Source: Paracidovorax wautersii (lineage in GTDB: Bacteria; Pseudomonadota; Gammaproteobacteria; Burkholderiales; Burkholderiaceae_C). Taken from it: a stretch of 64,000 bases of DNA. The first letter of the stretch is position 1; each line of letters starts with the position of its first letter. The notes beneath the pieces are model-generated. The model ran no database searches and had not been told where the DNA came from. It worked only from the letters and a program-made list of their open reading frames with translations. Of the stretch, positions 12,817 through 26,399 are shown in pieces. The DNA lies in assembly GCA_009912175.1 (NCBI GenBank), contig WNDQ01000017.1, positions 2,402-66,401 on the forward strand, in the 5' to 3' direction. A program made the position numbers and the translations under genes.

Positions 12817-12909
12817 GGTTGAACTCCGAAAGAGGGAAGGGCGGTTGAAGGACAGGCTCTGGATGAAGAACGCCGCAGTCCGCCGTGGCGGCTGCAGTCT
12901 TGAAAAAAA

Positions 12910-14823
<1,914 letters not shown>

Positions 14824-14857
14824 CGAGGTCGAACGAAAGAGGGCGAGTGCGGTCGCG

Positions 14858-15850
14858 TCAGCGGAAGATGAAGGCGTGGGCGTCTTCGCCAACGCGGGCA
14901 TGGCCGCGGTACATGCCCTCGGTGTTGAAAGGCAGGCAGACGTTGCCGTGGCGGTCCACGGCGATCAGCCCGCCCGTGCCGGCGATGGCTGGCAGCGCGG
15001 TATGCACGACGGCCTGGGTCGCGGCCTCCAGGCTGGCGCCGCCGTAGGCCATGCGGGCGCACACGTCGTGCGCCGCGCTCACGCGGATGAAGGCTTCGCC
15101 GTGGCCGGTGCACGAGACGGCGGCGGTGCGGTCGTCCGCATAGGTGCCGCTGCCGATGAGCGGGCTGTCGCCCACGCGGCCGGGGCGTTTGTTGGTCATG
15201 CCGCCGGTCGAGGTGGCGGCCGCCAGATGGCCGTGGGCGTCGAGCGCGACGGCGCCGACGGTGCCCATCTTGCGCGCCTCGTCCAGCGGGGCCGGTGCGG
15301 TCGCCAGAGCGGCTGCGCCATCGTGGTCGAGCACGGCGCCGGCCGCGCGGGCCCGTGCGGCATGCAGTTGCGCGCGGCGCGTGTCGGTCGAGAAATAGCG
15401 GGGGTCGACCTCGGCCAGGCCGGCTTCGCGCGCCAGTGCCTCGGCGCCCGCGCCAGCCATCAGCACGTGCTGGCCGTGGGCCATCACGGCACGCGCGGCG
15501 GCGATGGGGTTGCGGATGCGGCTCACGCCCGCCACGGCGCCAGCGGCCAGCCGGTGGCCGTCCATGACGGCGGCGTCGAGTTCATGCGTTTCGGCCGCGG
15601 TGAAGACCGAGCCGTGGCCGGCGTTGAACAGCGGGCAGTCTTCGAGCATCTGCACGGCCAGGCACACGGCGTCGACCGCCGAGCCGCCCGCGGCCAGCAC
15701 GGCCTGGCCGGCCTGCAGGATTTCGCGCAGCGAGGCGAGGTAGGCCTCGGCCTGCTCGGGCCGGATGCTGGCGCGGCTGAGCGTGCCCGCGCCGCCATGG
15801 ATGGCAATGACGGGCGTGGCCGCGGGAAGGGAAGTCGAGGGGGCGGACAT
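14858..15850 (-). CDS. iaaA: isoaspartyl peptidase / L-asparaginase (Ntn hydrolase)
   Basis: 330 aa; IAIHGGAG..., autoprocessing site [18 protein letters not shown]. Same gene order as the E. coli iaaA-gsiABCD operon. Confidence 0.85.
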   Translation of the reverse strand: MSAPSTSLPAATPVIAIHGGAGTLSRASIRPEQAEAYLASLREILQAGQAVLAAGGSAVDAVCLAVQMLEDCPLFNAGHGSVFTAAETHELDAAVMDGHRLAAGAVAGVSRIRNPIAAARAVMAHGQHVLMAGAGAEALAREAGLAEVDPRYFSTDTRRAQLHAARARAAGAVLDHDGAAALATAPAPLDEARKMGTVGAVALDAHGHLAAATSTGGMTNKRPGRVGDSPLIGSGTYADDRTAAVSCTGHGEAFIRVSAAHDVCARMAYGGASLEAATQAVVHTALPAIAGTGGLIAVDRHGNVCLPFNTEGMYRGHARVGEDAHAFIFR

Positions 15851-15899
15851 GGCGCGAGAAACGGGGCGTGAGGAGAGAGCGGGGCGGAACAGGGGGCGA

Positions 15900-16823
15900 T
15901 CAGCGCTCGGTGGCGGGTGTGGTGCCGCCGCCCGGCGCCAGTCGGCTGCGTTTGCTGTCGTGCAGCCAGGGCAGGACGGCTTCGGTCATGCGCGCGGCCG
16001 ACTTCACGGATTCCTTGACGCGGTGGGCGACGGCGCTGGTCAGCGCCTCGATCATTGCCAGCGCCGACGATTCGGAATTGGCCGCGTACTGGTTTTCGGT
16101 CTGCGCAAACAGGCAGACCTGGGCGTGCGGGACCAGCGGCGATTGCGGACCGTCGGTCAGCGCCAGCACGCCCACGCCGCGCTGGCGTGCGCCCTGGGCC
16201 AGCATGACGGTGTCGGTCAGGTAGCGCGGGTAGCTGATGGCCACCAGCAGGTCGTCGCCGGTCATGCGCGGCAGCAGGCGTGCGCCGTAGGAGGCGCCGC
16301 CCACGCCGGCCAGCAGGTGCACGTTGTCGCAATGGCCGTCGAGCCCGCGCTGCAGCAGGCCGGCCAGCCAGCCGCTGGCGCCAAAGCCCGCGAGGTAGAT
16401 GCGCCGCGCACCCAGAATGGCGGCCACGGCGGTTTCGCAGGCGGCGGTGTCGAGCGCCTCGCGGGTGGCGACGATGTTGCGCTGGCTTTCTTCCAGCGCG
16501 GCGGCGAAGACATCACGCACGCTGCTGGGCTTTTCGATCTTGATGCGCATCTTCTCGATGGGTGCCAGCATCGCCTCGAAGCCCTTGACCAGTTCCGAGC
16601 GCAGCAGCGGATAACCCTCCAGCCCGATGGCGCGCGCAAAGCGGTTGGCCGTGGCCACCGACACGCCCACGGCGGCGGCCAGTTCGTCGATCGGCATGGT
16701 CGCGGCCTGCAGCGGGTGCGCCAGCACGTAGTCGGCCATCTGCTGGTGCGCGCGCGTCAGCGTCGGCCGCGCGCGGCTGATGCGGATGGCGATGGAGGGC
16801 GTGTCGGGCGCGGTTTCGGGCAT
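15900..16823 (-). CDS. RpiR/MurR family transcriptional regulator (HTH + SIS domain)
   Basis: ATG 16823 chosen (MPETAPDTPSIAIRISRARPTLTRAHQQMADYVLAHP...). SIS-like GFGASG segment. The ORF extension to 16928 runs into an AT-rich promoter region. Confidence 0.75.
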   Translation of the reverse strand: MPETAPDTPSIAIRISRARPTLTRAHQQMADYVLAHPLQAATMPIDELAAAVGVSVATANRFARAIGLEGYPLLRSELVKGFEAMLAPIEKMRIKIEKPSSVRDVFAAALEESQRNIVATREALDTAACETAVAAILGARRIYLAGFGASGWLAGLLQRGLDGHCDNVHLLAGVGGASYGARLLPRMTGDDLLVAISYPRYLTDTVMLAQGARQRGVGVLALTDGPQSPLVPHAQVCLFAQTENQYAANSESSALAMIEALTSAVAHRVKESVKSAARMTEAVLPWLHDSKRSRLAPGGGTTPATER

Positions 16824-16861
16824 GGTTGGCAAAGCGGGCGGGATCCAGCGAGACGGCGGGG

Positions 16862-16929
16862 TGATCAAGCTCGGTTGTTTGATCTGAAAATTTACATTTA
16901 ACAAATCATAAAGAAAATTTTTGATCAAA
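16862..16929. promoter_or_regulatory. AT-rich divergent promoter/operator region between rpiR and hisI
   Basis: Sharp GC drop. Three TGATC-containing sites: TGATCA at 16862, TGATCT at 16880, and the perfect 10-bp palindrome TTTGATCAAA at 16920-16929. Confidence 0.3.
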
Positions 16930-17041
16930 TTAATTTTTCATGACACCGGGTCAGCCCTGATGCGGGTTTGCAACAGCGCGGTGTCCAGACCGTGCCGGTA
17001 TGGCCGGGGAGGGCGCTTGCCAAATGACGGACAATCGGCGC

Positions 17042-17431
17042 ATGAACTGGTTGGACGAAGTCAAATGGGATGAGCAGGGCCTGGTGCCCGTCATCGCGCA
17101 GGAGCGCGGCAGCAAGGACGTGCTGATGTTTGCCTGGATGAACCGCGAGGCCCTGGCCCGAACGGCCGAGCTGGGCCGCGCGGTCTACTACAGCCGCTCG
17201 CGTGGCAAGCTGTGGTTCAAGGGCGAGGAATCGGGCCACGTGCAGCTCGTGCATGGCATCCGGCTGGACTGCGACAACGACGTGGTCCTGCTCGAGGTCA
17301 CGCAGACCGGGCACGAACCTGGCATCGCCTGCCACACCGGCCGTCACAGTTGTTTCTTCCAGCGCTATGAAAATGGCCAGTGGCATACGGTCGAGCCGGT
17401 CTTGAAAGACCCGTCGTCCATCTACAAGTAA
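17042..17431 (+). CDS. hisI: phosphoribosyl-AMP cyclohydrolase
   Basis: [21 protein letters not shown]..., [10 protein letters not shown] motif. Alternative in-frame ATGs at 17000 and 17024. Confidence 0.85.
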   Translation: MNWLDEVKWDEQGLVPVIAQERGSKDVLMFAWMNREALARTAELGRAVYYSRSRGKLWFKGEESGHVQLVHGIRLDCDNDVVLLEVTQTGHEPGIACHTGRHSCFFQRYENGQWHTVEPVLKDPSSIYK

Positions 17432-17437
17432 GCGTTT

Positions 17438-17818
17438 ATGAGTTCGCAGAATCTGTCGCAGGACGCACTGGCTCGGCTGGCCGCGGTCCTGGAATCACGC
17501 AAGCCCGCCCAGGGCGGCGATCCTGAAACAAGCTACGTCTCGCGCCTGCTGCACAAGGGGCCGGACGCCTTTCTGAAAAAGATCGGCGAGGAAGCGACCG
17601 AGGTGGTCATGGCCGCCAAGGACGCCGACCACGGCGGCGACCCGGACAAGATCGTCTACGAGGTGGCCGACCTGTGGTTTCATTGCCTGGTGGCCCTGGC
17701 GCACTACAACCTGACGCCGGCGCAGGTGATTGCCGAGCTCGAACGGCGTGCGGGCACCAGCGGTCTGGAAGAAAAAGCCCTGCGCAAGGCGCAGGCGCGC
17801 GAGTCTGGCGCCGGTTGA
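17438..17818 (+). CDS. hisE: phosphoribosyl-ATP pyrophosphatase
   Basis: 126 aa; [33 protein letters not shown] motifs. Confidence 0.9.
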   Translation: MSSQNLSQDALARLAAVLESRKPAQGGDPETSYVSRLLHKGPDAFLKKIGEEATEVVMAAKDADHGGDPDKIVYEVADLWFHCLVALAHYNLTPAQVIAELERRAGTSGLEEKALRKAQARESGAG

Positions 17819-17889
17819 GCCCGATCTTTTTTTGTCGCCGGGCCGCCCCAGGACACAAAGTACCTTGAAACCCAGCAAGGAGCGATGCC

Positions 17890-18257
17890 ATGAGCACCAG
17901 CAACCGTGATGACAGCAACCTGACCACCGTGGGCTGGGTGAGTTACATCCTGCACCTCGTCGTGGCCGTCGGCGCCGTGCTGCCGGGCGCGCAGGCGTCC
18001 ATCCTGCTGCTGTTGCTCTCGCCTTCATCCTGGACCTGGTCAAGCGCGGCGACGCCGTGGGCACCTGGCACGAAAGCCATTTCCGCTGGCGCATCCATTC
18101 GGTGATCTGGGCGGGACTGCTCTACGTAATCACGGGGCCGCTGTGGCTGTTCCTTCTGGTGCCGGGCTGGATCGCCTGGGGCATCATCTCGATCTGGTTC
18201 CTCTACCCCATCGTCAGGGGCATGGTGTCCATGAACCGGCAAGAGCCGGTGGCCTGA
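17890..18257 (+). pseudogene. small integral membrane protein, reading frame broken near 18005-18020
   Basis: The N-terminal ORF (MSTSNRDDSNLTTVGWVSYILHLVVAVGAVLPGAQASILLLL) continues sensibly only in another frame (ALAFILDLVKRGDAVGTWHESHFRWRIHSVIWAGLLYVITGPLWLFLLVPGWIAWGIISIW...). The switch falls inside a CTGCTGCTGTTGCTC tract. Confidence 0.6.
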
Positions 18258-18293
18258 CGCCGCCTGATACTTTTTGTTTCCGCGAGTTGCCGC

Positions 18294-18695
18294 ATGTCTT
18301 CGTCCACTGCTTCCACCGTTTCCCCGCACGGCACTGCCGGCCACGACCCCAGTTGCCTCTTCTGCAAGATCGCCGCGGGCCAGATACCCGCGCGCAAGGT
18401 CTACGAGGACGATGAACTGCTGGCTTTTCACGACATCGCGCCGTGGGCGCCCGTGCATTTCCTGGTCATTCCCAAGCGGCACGTGCCGTCGCTGGCCCAT
18501 GTGGACGAGGGCGACGCGGCCTTGCTCGGCCGCATCCTGACGCTGGCGCCGCGGCTGGCCGCCGAGCAGGGCTGCCGCCCTTATCCCGAGGGCGGATTTC
18601 GGGTGCAGGTCAACACGGGCAGCGACGGCGGGCAGGAAGTGCATCACCTGCACGTTCATGTGATCGGTGGCCCGCGCCCCTGGGCCAAGGGCTGA
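18294..18695 (+). CDS. HIT family (histidine triad) protein
   Basis: 133 aa; CLFCKI..., FHDIAPWAPVHFLVIPKRH, HHLHVHVIGG histidine triad. Confidence 0.85.
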   Translation: MSSSTASTVSPHGTAGHDPSCLFCKIAAGQIPARKVYEDDELLAFHDIAPWAPVHFLVIPKRHVPSLAHVDEGDAALLGRILTLAPRLAAEQGCRPYPEGGFRVQVNTGSDGGQEVHHLHVHVIGGPRPWAKG

Positions 18696-18780
18696 CCGAG
18701 GCCGGCCGTAGCGGCGTCCCGACCGGGACGGCTGTGTGTGTATTCGCCCTAGAATGTGGGTTCACTTAGGAGAGATTTCC

Positions 18781-19005
18781 ATGGGTTCGTTTTCCATCTG
18801 GCACTGGCTGATCGTGCTGCTGATCGTGGTGATGGTGTTCGGCACCAAGAAGCTGCGCAACATGGGCCAGGATCTTGGTGGCGCCGTCAAGGGCTTCAAG
18901 GACGGGATGAAGGACGCGGGCGAAGGCGACAAGAAGCAGGTCGCCGAGTCGTCCGCACTCGACAGCAAGCCCACCATCGACGTCGACGCCAAGGAAAAGC
19001 GCTGA
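18781..19005 (+). CDS. tatA: Sec-independent protein translocase TatA
   Basis: [46 protein letters not shown] ribosome-binding site upstream. Confidence 0.9.
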   Translation: MGSFSIWHWLIVLLIVVMVFGTKKLRNMGQDLGGAVKGFKDGMKDAGEGDKKQVAESSALDSKPTIDVDAKEKR

Positions 19006-19099
19006 CCGCGCACCTGGCCCCGACCACTGTGACGGTCTCATCGCAGGCGGGCCGCCCGGGCGGCGCTGCGTGGGGCTGTCGTGAAACTTCTGGCCGCGC

Positions 19100-19621
19100 A
19101 TGATTGATCTTGGCATTTCCAAACTGGCGCTGATCGGCGCGGTCGCGCTGATCGTGATCGGGCCCGAGAAGCTTCCGCGCGTGGCCCGCACGGTCGGCAC
19201 GCTGCTGGGCAAGGCCCAGCGTTACGTCGCCGACGTCAAGGCCGAAGTCAACCGTTCCATGGAGCTCGACGAGCTGCGCAAGATGAAGGACACGGTGGAG
19301 TCGGCCGCGCGCGACGTGCACGACAGCGTGCAGACCCAGGCGAGCGACTTCGAGAAATCCTGGCGCGACACGACCAGCGAGATCACGAGCAGCCTCTCGG
19401 GCGAGACGTCCGGCGACGGCACCGGCGAGCCGGGCGCGCTGGCGCTGGATCAGGCCGGCAGCAACGTGGTGCCGGCCTACCGCAATCCCAACAAGAACTG
19501 GCGCGTCAAGCGCGCCGCCGTGCCCCAGTGGTACAAGGCGCGCACCCATGCACGCGCACGGGCGCTGTCGGGCGCCGCACGTGTGGCGCGCAACCGACCG
19601 CCCGGCACGGCCCAGGGCTGA
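19100..19621 (+). CDS. tatB: Sec-independent protein translocase TatB
   Basis: [34 protein letters not shown]-terminus. Confidence 0.85.
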   Translation: MIDLGISKLALIGAVALIVIGPEKLPRVARTVGTLLGKAQRYVADVKAEVNRSMELDELRKMKDTVESAARDVHDSVQTQASDFEKSWRDTTSEITSSLSGETSGDGTGEPGALALDQAGSNVVPAYRNPNKNWRVKRAAVPQWYKARTHARARALSGAARVARNRPPGTAQG

Positions 19622-19705
19622 AGCCAAGCGCCGGACGATGGGCGACGCGCCCGTGGCCCCCGCGCAAAGCGCTTTCCCCGCTGCGTTTTTCCGAAAGACC
19701 TGACC

Positions 19706-20506
19706 TTGGCTGATCCGAACAAAGACGACGAACTGGCCGGCACCGAGCAGCCGTTCGTGGAACACCTGATGGAGCTGCGCAACCGGCTCATCAAGGCCGT
19801 GCTGGCCGTGGGCGCGGTGTGCCTGGTGCTCGCGCTGTACCCGGGGCCGGGACGGCTCTATGACTTCCTGGCCGCGCCGCTGGTGGCGCACCTGCCGGCC
19901 GGCGCGACCATGATCGCCACCTCGGTCATCTCGCCCTTTCTGGTGCCGCTCAAGATCCTGATGATGGCGGGCTTTCTGATCGCGCTGCCCGTGGTGCTCT
20001 ACCAGGTCTGGGCCTTCGTGGCGCCGGGCCTGTATTCGCACGAGAAGAAGCTGGTGCTGCCGCTGGTGATCGCCTCGACCATCCTGTTCCTGCTGGGCGT
20101 GGCTTTTTGCTACTACTTCGTGTTCGGCCAGGTCTTCAAGTTCATCCAGGGCTTTGCGCCCAAGAGCATCACCGCCGCGCCTGACATCGAGGCCTATCTG
20201 GGCTTTGTGATGAGCATGTTCCTGGCCTTCGGCGTGGCTTTCGAGGTGCCCATCGTGGTGGTCGTGCTGGCGCGCATGGGCGTGGTCAGCATCGACAAGC
20301 TCAAGAGTTTCCGCGGCTATTTCGTGGTCGGCGCCTTTGTGGTGTCGGCCGTCGTCACGCCGCCCGATGTGGTGTCGCAGCTGGCGCTGGCCATTCCGAT
20401 GTGCCTGCTCTACGAACTGGGCATCGTGTGCGCACGGCTGTTCATCCGGACCACCAAGGCGCCGGACAGCGAGCCCGCGGAGCCGGACTCCAAGGAATCG
20501 GCATGA
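19706..20506 (+). CDS. tatC: Sec-independent protein translocase TatC
   Basis: 266 aa, 6 TM; FVEHLMELRNRL motif; TTG start per the ORF track. Confidence 0.9.
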   Translation: MADPNKDDELAGTEQPFVEHLMELRNRLIKAVLAVGAVCLVLALYPGPGRLYDFLAAPLVAHLPAGATMIATSVISPFLVPLKILMMAGFLIALPVVLYQVWAFVAPGLYSHEKKLVLPLVIASTILFLLGVAFCYYFVFGQVFKFIQGFAPKSITAAPDIEAYLGFVMSMFLAFGVAFEVPIVVVVLARMGVVSIDKLKSFRGYFVVGAFVVSAVVTPPDVVSQLALAIPMCLLYELGIVCARLFIRTTKAPDSEPAEPDSKESA

Positions 20507-20547
20507 TTGCAGTCTGATGGCTCTGGTTTTCACGGCCTACCCATGAC

Positions 20548-20575
20548 AAAGGCAGCCCACCGAGGCTGCCTTTTT
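20548..20575 (+). terminator. rho-independent terminator between convergent tatC and tauD-like gene
   Basis: AAAGGCAGCC-CACCGA-GGCTGCCTTTTT: GC stem plus T-run, with an A-run on the other side (partly bidirectional). Confidence 0.6.
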
Positions 20576-20594
20576 CATGGTGAGGACCGATGTG

Positions 20595-21509
20595 TCAGCG
20601 TTCGACGCTGCGGCGGCCGTCCACGCTCACGGCGCGTTCGCCATCGAGCGTGACGCGGCGCACGACGCGCGGCTGGTCGCCGTAGTCGTTGACCGCGTAG
20701 TGCTGCGTGGCGCGGTTGTCCCAGATCGCCACGTCGCCCTGCCGCCACGACCAGCGCACGGTGTTTTCGAGCCGGATGGTGCGCTCCTGCAAGAGGCCGA
20801 AGATGCGGTCCGATTCCGACTTGCTCAGGCCCAGGATGCGTTGCACGAAATGGCCCAGCAGCAGGTTGCGTTCGCCGGTCTCGGGGTGCACGTGCACCAG
20901 CGGATGCTCGGTGCGGTAGACCGTGGACAGGAACACCTCCTGGTAGTGCTTGAGCGCCTGTTCGGTGACGTGGTTGCGGTTGGCGGCGTAGTCGTATTCG
21001 TTGCTGTGCAGCGCCCACAGGCCGTCGGCCAGGCGCTGCAGCGGCTCGGGCAGGTTGGCGTAGGCGGTGGCGGTGTTGGCCCAGACCGTGTCGCCGCCGT
21101 ATTCGGGAATGGTCACGCCGCGCAGGATGGACAGCTTGGGATAGGCCGGCACGAAGGTGACGTCGGTGTGCCACGAATCGGCGCGACCGCCGCCGCGCGA
21201 GGCGTCGAGCTCCAGGATGGCGCTGCCGCGCGCCACGGGTTGTGTCGGATGCGGCACCAGCGTGCCCAGGCGCCGCGCGAAGGCTTCCTGGCCCTCGTCG
21301 TCGAGGTGGTGCTGGCCGCGAAAGAAGAGCACTTTGTGGCGCAGCAGGGCCTGGTAGATGGCGTCGATGCGCGGCTGCGGCAAGGCGCCCGACAGCTGCA
21401 CGCCGGAGACCTCGGCACCAAGCGCGCCGGCCAGGCGCCGCAGTTGCAGCGGCGTGTCGTCTGCCGCGGCGGCTTCGGGGGAAAGAGGGGCGTCGACGGG
21501 GGTGCTCAT
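20595..21509 (-). CDS. TauD/TfdA family Fe(II)/2-oxoglutarate dioxygenase
   Basis: ATG 21509: MSTPVDAPLS...SWHTDVTF...TVWANT...HPLVHVHPETG...WDNRATQHYA motifs. Only the last 304 codons of ORF 20595..22793 look real. Confidence 0.85.
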   Translation of the reverse strand: MSTPVDAPLSPEAAAADDTPLQLRRLAGALGAEVSGVQLSGALPQPRIDAIYQALLRHKVLFFRGQHHLDDEGQEAFARRLGTLVPHPTQPVARGSAILELDASRGGGRADSWHTDVTFVPAYPKLSILRGVTIPEYGGDTVWANTATAYANLPEPLQRLADGLWALHSNEYDYAANRNHVTEQALKHYQEVFLSTVYRTEHPLVHVHPETGERNLLLGHFVQRILGLSKSESDRIFGLLQERTIRLENTVRWSWRQGDVAIWDNRATQHYAVNDYGDQPRVVRRVTLDGERAVSVDGRRSVER

Positions 21510-21613
21510 GGGCGGCTCCTGGACTGGATGGGCGGTCCAGACTAAGCCAGGTGCCGCCGCTTTCCAAGACAGCGGCGCCTCATAAGCACATGCGGTTTGT
21601 GCGGCAGCGCCGC

Positions 21614-22753
<1,140 letters not shown>

Positions 22754-23059
22754 GGACGGATCGCGGAATTCTTGAGGAGCGCCGGCCGCACACGGGCCGG
22801 CTGCCAACCCCGATTGTGCGCCAAGCGCGGCGGCGCCCGGCACCGGCCAGCGAGGGCGGGCCATGCCGGCCGCAGCGCTGGTGTGCGTGCGAATCGGGGG
22901 TGCCGCGCGCACGGCGCCAGGCGGGGCCATGGCGGCTCCGCGCAGAAACTAGGGAGAACCCTTAAAATCGTCGCCCTGCCGCCATGGGCCGCACACCGCG
23001 ACCGATGGCCGGGGCCTTCGTCACCGACGGCCTTTCGTTTTCCCTATTGGATCCTGACC

Positions 23060-24381
23060 ATGTCTACCACCGCCGACTACGTGGGCGCCTTGAGCGAGTC
23101 CACGCATCGTCCGCTGACCCGCAGCGACTACAAGACCCTGGGCCTGTCGGCCCTGGGCGGCACGCTCGAGTTCTACGATTTCGTCATCTACGTCTTCTTC
23201 GCCACGGTCGTCAGCAAGCTGTTCTTCCCGGCGGACATGCCCGACTGGCTGCGCATGCTGCAGACCTTCGGCATCTTCGCGGCGGGCTACCTGGCCCGTC
23301 CGGTCGGCGGCATCATCATTGCGCACTACGGCGACGTGATCGGCCGTAAGCGCATGTTCACGCTGTCGATCTTCCTGATGGCCGTGCCCACGCTGGTGAT
23401 CGGCCTGCTGCCCACCTACGCAGCCATCGGCGTGGCCGCGCCGCTGCTGCTGCTGGCCATGCGCGTGCTGCAGGGCGCCGCCATTGGCGGCGAGATGCCC
23501 GGCGCCTGGGTGTTCGTGGCCGAGCACGTGCCGGCCAACCGCTACGCCTTCGGCGTGGGGGCGCTGACGGCCGGCATCACCGGCGGCATCCTGCTGGGCT
23601 CGCTCATGGCGATCTTCATCAACACCGTCTACACGCCCGACGAGGTGAGCGGCTGGGCCTGGCGCATTCCCTTCATCCTGGGCGGCGTGTTCGGCCTGGT
23701 GTCGGTCTACCTGCGCCGCTACCTGGAAGAAACCCCGGTCTTCAAGGAACTGGCCGCACGCCGCACGCAGGCGCGTGAGCTGCCGCTCAAGACCGTGCTG
23801 CGCGAGCACCGCGCGGCCGCCTGCTGACGGCGGGCATGACCTGGGTGCTGTCGGGCGCGGTGGTGGTGGTCATCCTGATGACGCCGGCCTATCTGCAGAC
23901 CTGGTTCCAGATCCCGGCCAAGCTGGCCATGCAGGCCAACTGCCTGGCCACGCTGACGCTGACCATCGGCTGCGTGTTCTTCGGCTGGGCCAGCGACCGC
24001 TTCGGCACGCGCGCGGCCATGGTCTTGGGCTGGGGCGGCCTGGCGGTTTCCACCTGGTGGTTCTATGGCCAGTTGCCGGGCAACGCCGCTTCGCTGATCT
24101 GCGGCTACGCCACCATGGGCTTTTTTGTGGGCAGCATCTCGCTCACGCCCATCGTCTCGACGCGCGCCTTCCCGCCGCCGGTGCGTTTCACCGGCCTGTC
24201 CTTTGCCTACAACATGGCCTACGCCGTGTTCGGCGGCCTCACGCCCGTGCTGATCTCGCTGTGGGTCAAGAACGACGTGCAGGGCCCCGGCCACTACGTG
24301 GTGGCGTTGTCCATCCTGGGGCTGCTGCTGGCCTTCGTGCCGATGAGCAGCCGCGGCTACAAGGCGCGCGCGGCCGCCTGA
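23060..24381 (+). pseudogene. MFS metabolite:H+ symporter (ProP/KgtP-like), split by a frameshift near 23810-23826
   Basis: N-half MSTTADYVGAL...GTLEFYDFVIYVFF...RKRMF...LREHRAAAC* stops at 23827. The C-half continues in another frame from ...LLTAGMTWVLSGAVVVV (open from ~23821) to 24381. Joined, they form a normal 12-TM transporter. Confidence 0.7.
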
Positions 24382-24413
24382 GGTCCAGGCCATTCGGGCG
24401 CGCGTTTGCGACA

Positions 24414-25193
24414 ATGCGCTCCATGAATCCCACGCCCGCGCATCCCGTCACGCGCGGCCAGTTGCTGGCCGCGTTCGACGACCTTCTCCAGCCCGCCCGC
24501 TTCAAGGACTACGGCCCCAACGGCCTGCAGGTCGAGGGACGTGGCCCGATCCGCAAGCTGGTCTCCGGCGTCACCGCCAGCCAGGCCTTGATCGACGCGG
24601 CCATCCAGGCCGGCGCCGATGCCATCCTCGTGCACCACGGCCTGTTCTGGCGCGGCCAGGACGGGCGTGTGACCGGCTGGATGAAGCAGCGCCTGGCCAC
24701 GCTGCTGGCCCACGACGTCAACCTCTACGCCTACCACCTGCCGCTCGACGCGCACCCCGAACTGGGCAACAACGCGCAGCTCGGCCAGCGCCTGGGCCTG
24801 CGGGCCGCGCGCCATTTCGCCGACCAGGACCTGGGCAGCGTCGGTGCGCTGGACCAGCCCGTCACGGCCGCGCAACTGGCCGCGCGCGTCGAGGCCGCGT
24901 TGGGCCGGCCGGCCACGCTGGTGGGACCGGCCGATGCGCTGGTGCGGGACGTGGCCTGGTGCACCGGCGGGGCGCAGGGTTTTTTCGAGGCCGCCATCGC
25001 CGCGGGCGCCCAGGCCTACATCACGGGCGAAATCTCCGAGCCCCAGGCGCACTACGCGCGTGAAATGGGCGTGGCCTTCATCGCCGCCGGCCACCATGCG
25101 ACCGAGCGTTACGGCGCCGAGGCGCTGGGCCGCCACGTGGCCGCGCAACTAGGCCTGGACCATGTGTTCATCGACATCGACAATCCGGCCTGA
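24414..25193 (+). CDS. Nif3-like dinuclear metal center protein (YbgI family)
   Basis: MRSMNPTP...DYGPNGLQVEG...ILVHHGLFW...YAYHLPLDAHPELGNN...AAGHHATERYG. Confidence 0.85.
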   Translation: MRSMNPTPAHPVTRGQLLAAFDDLLQPARFKDYGPNGLQVEGRGPIRKLVSGVTASQALIDAAIQAGADAILVHHGLFWRGQDGRVTGWMKQRLATLLAHDVNLYAYHLPLDAHPELGNNAQLGQRLGLRAARHFADQDLGSVGALDQPVTAAQLAARVEAALGRPATLVGPADALVRDVAWCTGGAQGFFEAAIAAGAQAYITGEISEPQAHYAREMGVAFIAAGHHATERYGAEALGRHVAAQLGLDHVFIDIDNPA

Positions 25194-25250
25194 ACGGTCT
25201 TGCGCGCGGCCCACGGCTTGGCGCGATCCAGGGCTGCGCCCGTTTTCCCC

Positions 25251-26321
25251 ATGACTGCTTTCCCCTCTCTTGCGCCGCTGGCCATCACCCAGGGCGATCC
25301 CGCGGGCATCGGGCCCGAGATCATCGCCAAGGCCTTCCGCGATGCGCCGGCGGACACCGCTGGCTGTTTCGTCGTGGGCGACGTCGCCGTGCTGCGCCGT
25401 GCGGCCGCGCTGGTGGGCGGCCACCTGCCGGTGGCCGTGCTGGCGCAGCCCGCGGACGTGGCGCAGGTGCCGCCGCGCACGCTGCCGGTGCTGTCCCTGC
25501 AGCCCGGCGCCCCGGCCGATCTGGCCGCGGACTTGCCGGCCTATGGGCAGGTGAGCGCACGCGCCGGCCGCATGGCGGCCGAGGCCGTCACCTGGGCCGC
25601 GCGCGCGGCGCTGCGCGGCGAGATCGTGGGCCTGGTGACCGCCCCGCTGCACAAGGCCGCGCTGGCCGCGGCCGGCGTGCCGTTTCCCGGTCATACGGAA
25701 CTGCTGCAGGCCGAGGCCGCGCGTGCGCTGGGCCTGCCGATCGAGCAGGTGCCGGTGCGCATGATGCTGGCCAACGACGAACTGCGCACGGTGCTGGTGA
25801 GCATCCACGTGTCGCTGCGCCGCGCCATCGAGGCCGTGACCCACGACCAGGTGCTGGAGACGCTGCGCATCACGCACGCCGCGCTCAACCGCTGGCCCGC
25901 GCTGGCGGCCGACGGCGGCCCGCGCCTGGCGGTGGCCGGCCTCAACCCCCACGCGGGCGAGGACGGGCTGTTCGGCGACGAAGAGATCCACATCATTGCC
26001 CCCGCCATCGCGGCCGCGCAAAAGGAAGGCATCCAGGCCAGCGGCCCCTATCCGCCCGACACCGTCTTCATGCGTGCGCGCCGGCCTGCGGGCAGCGGCC
26101 GTGGCGCTTTCGACGCCGTGATCGCGATGTACCACGACCAGGGTCTGATCCCCGTCAAATACCTGGGTGTGGAGCACGGCGTCAACGTGACGCTGGGCCT
26201 GCCGCTGGTACGCACCAGCCCGGACCATGGCACGGCCTTCGACATCGCGGGGCAGGGCGTGGCCTCGGCCGCGAGTCTGATCCAGGCCATCCGCATGGCG
26301 CGCCAGTTGGCGACGGCCTGA
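25251..26321 (+). CDS. pdxA: 4-hydroxythreonine-4-phosphate dehydrogenase
   Basis: ATG 25251: MTAFPSLAPLAITQGDPAGIGPEII...FPGHTELL...GLNPHAGE...MYHDQGLIP...RTSPDHGTAFDIAG. Confidence 0.9.
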   Translation: MTAFPSLAPLAITQGDPAGIGPEIIAKAFRDAPADTAGCFVVGDVAVLRRAAALVGGHLPVAVLAQPADVAQVPPRTLPVLSLQPGAPADLAADLPAYGQVSARAGRMAAEAVTWAARAALRGEIVGLVTAPLHKAALAAAGVPFPGHTELLQAEAARALGLPIEQVPVRMMLANDELRTVLVSIHVSLRRAIEAVTHDQVLETLRITHAALNRWPALAADGGPRLAVAGLNPHAGEDGLFGDEEIHIIAPAIAAAQKEGIQASGPYPPDTVFMRARRPAGSGRGAFDAVIAMYHDQGLIPVKYLGVEHGVNVTLGLPLVRTSPDHGTAFDIAGQGVASAASLIQAIRMARQLATA

Positions 26322-26327
26322 TCGACG

Positions 26328-26358
26328 AAAAAAAACCGACCCGTCATCGGGGTCGGTT
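26328..26358 (-). terminator. rho-independent terminator downstream of mscL
   Basis: The minus strand reads AACCGACCC-CGATGAC-GGGTCGGTTTTTTTT. An additional perfect hairpin GCGGCCAC-TGTC-GTGGCCGC lies at 26366-26385. Confidence 0.6.
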
Positions 26359-26399
26359 CAGTGTAGCGGCCACTGTCGTGGCCGCGGGGCAGGCGGCGT

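Noticed and set aside
10099-12822. 907-aa plus-strand ORF across the peptide ABC transporter genes (similar: 12931..14625, 14681..15871, 15765..16901)
   Set aside because: These are antisense to well-supported permease, SBP, ATPase, iaaA and rpiR genes. Their composition is Gly/Ala/Arg/His-rich and no motifs are present.
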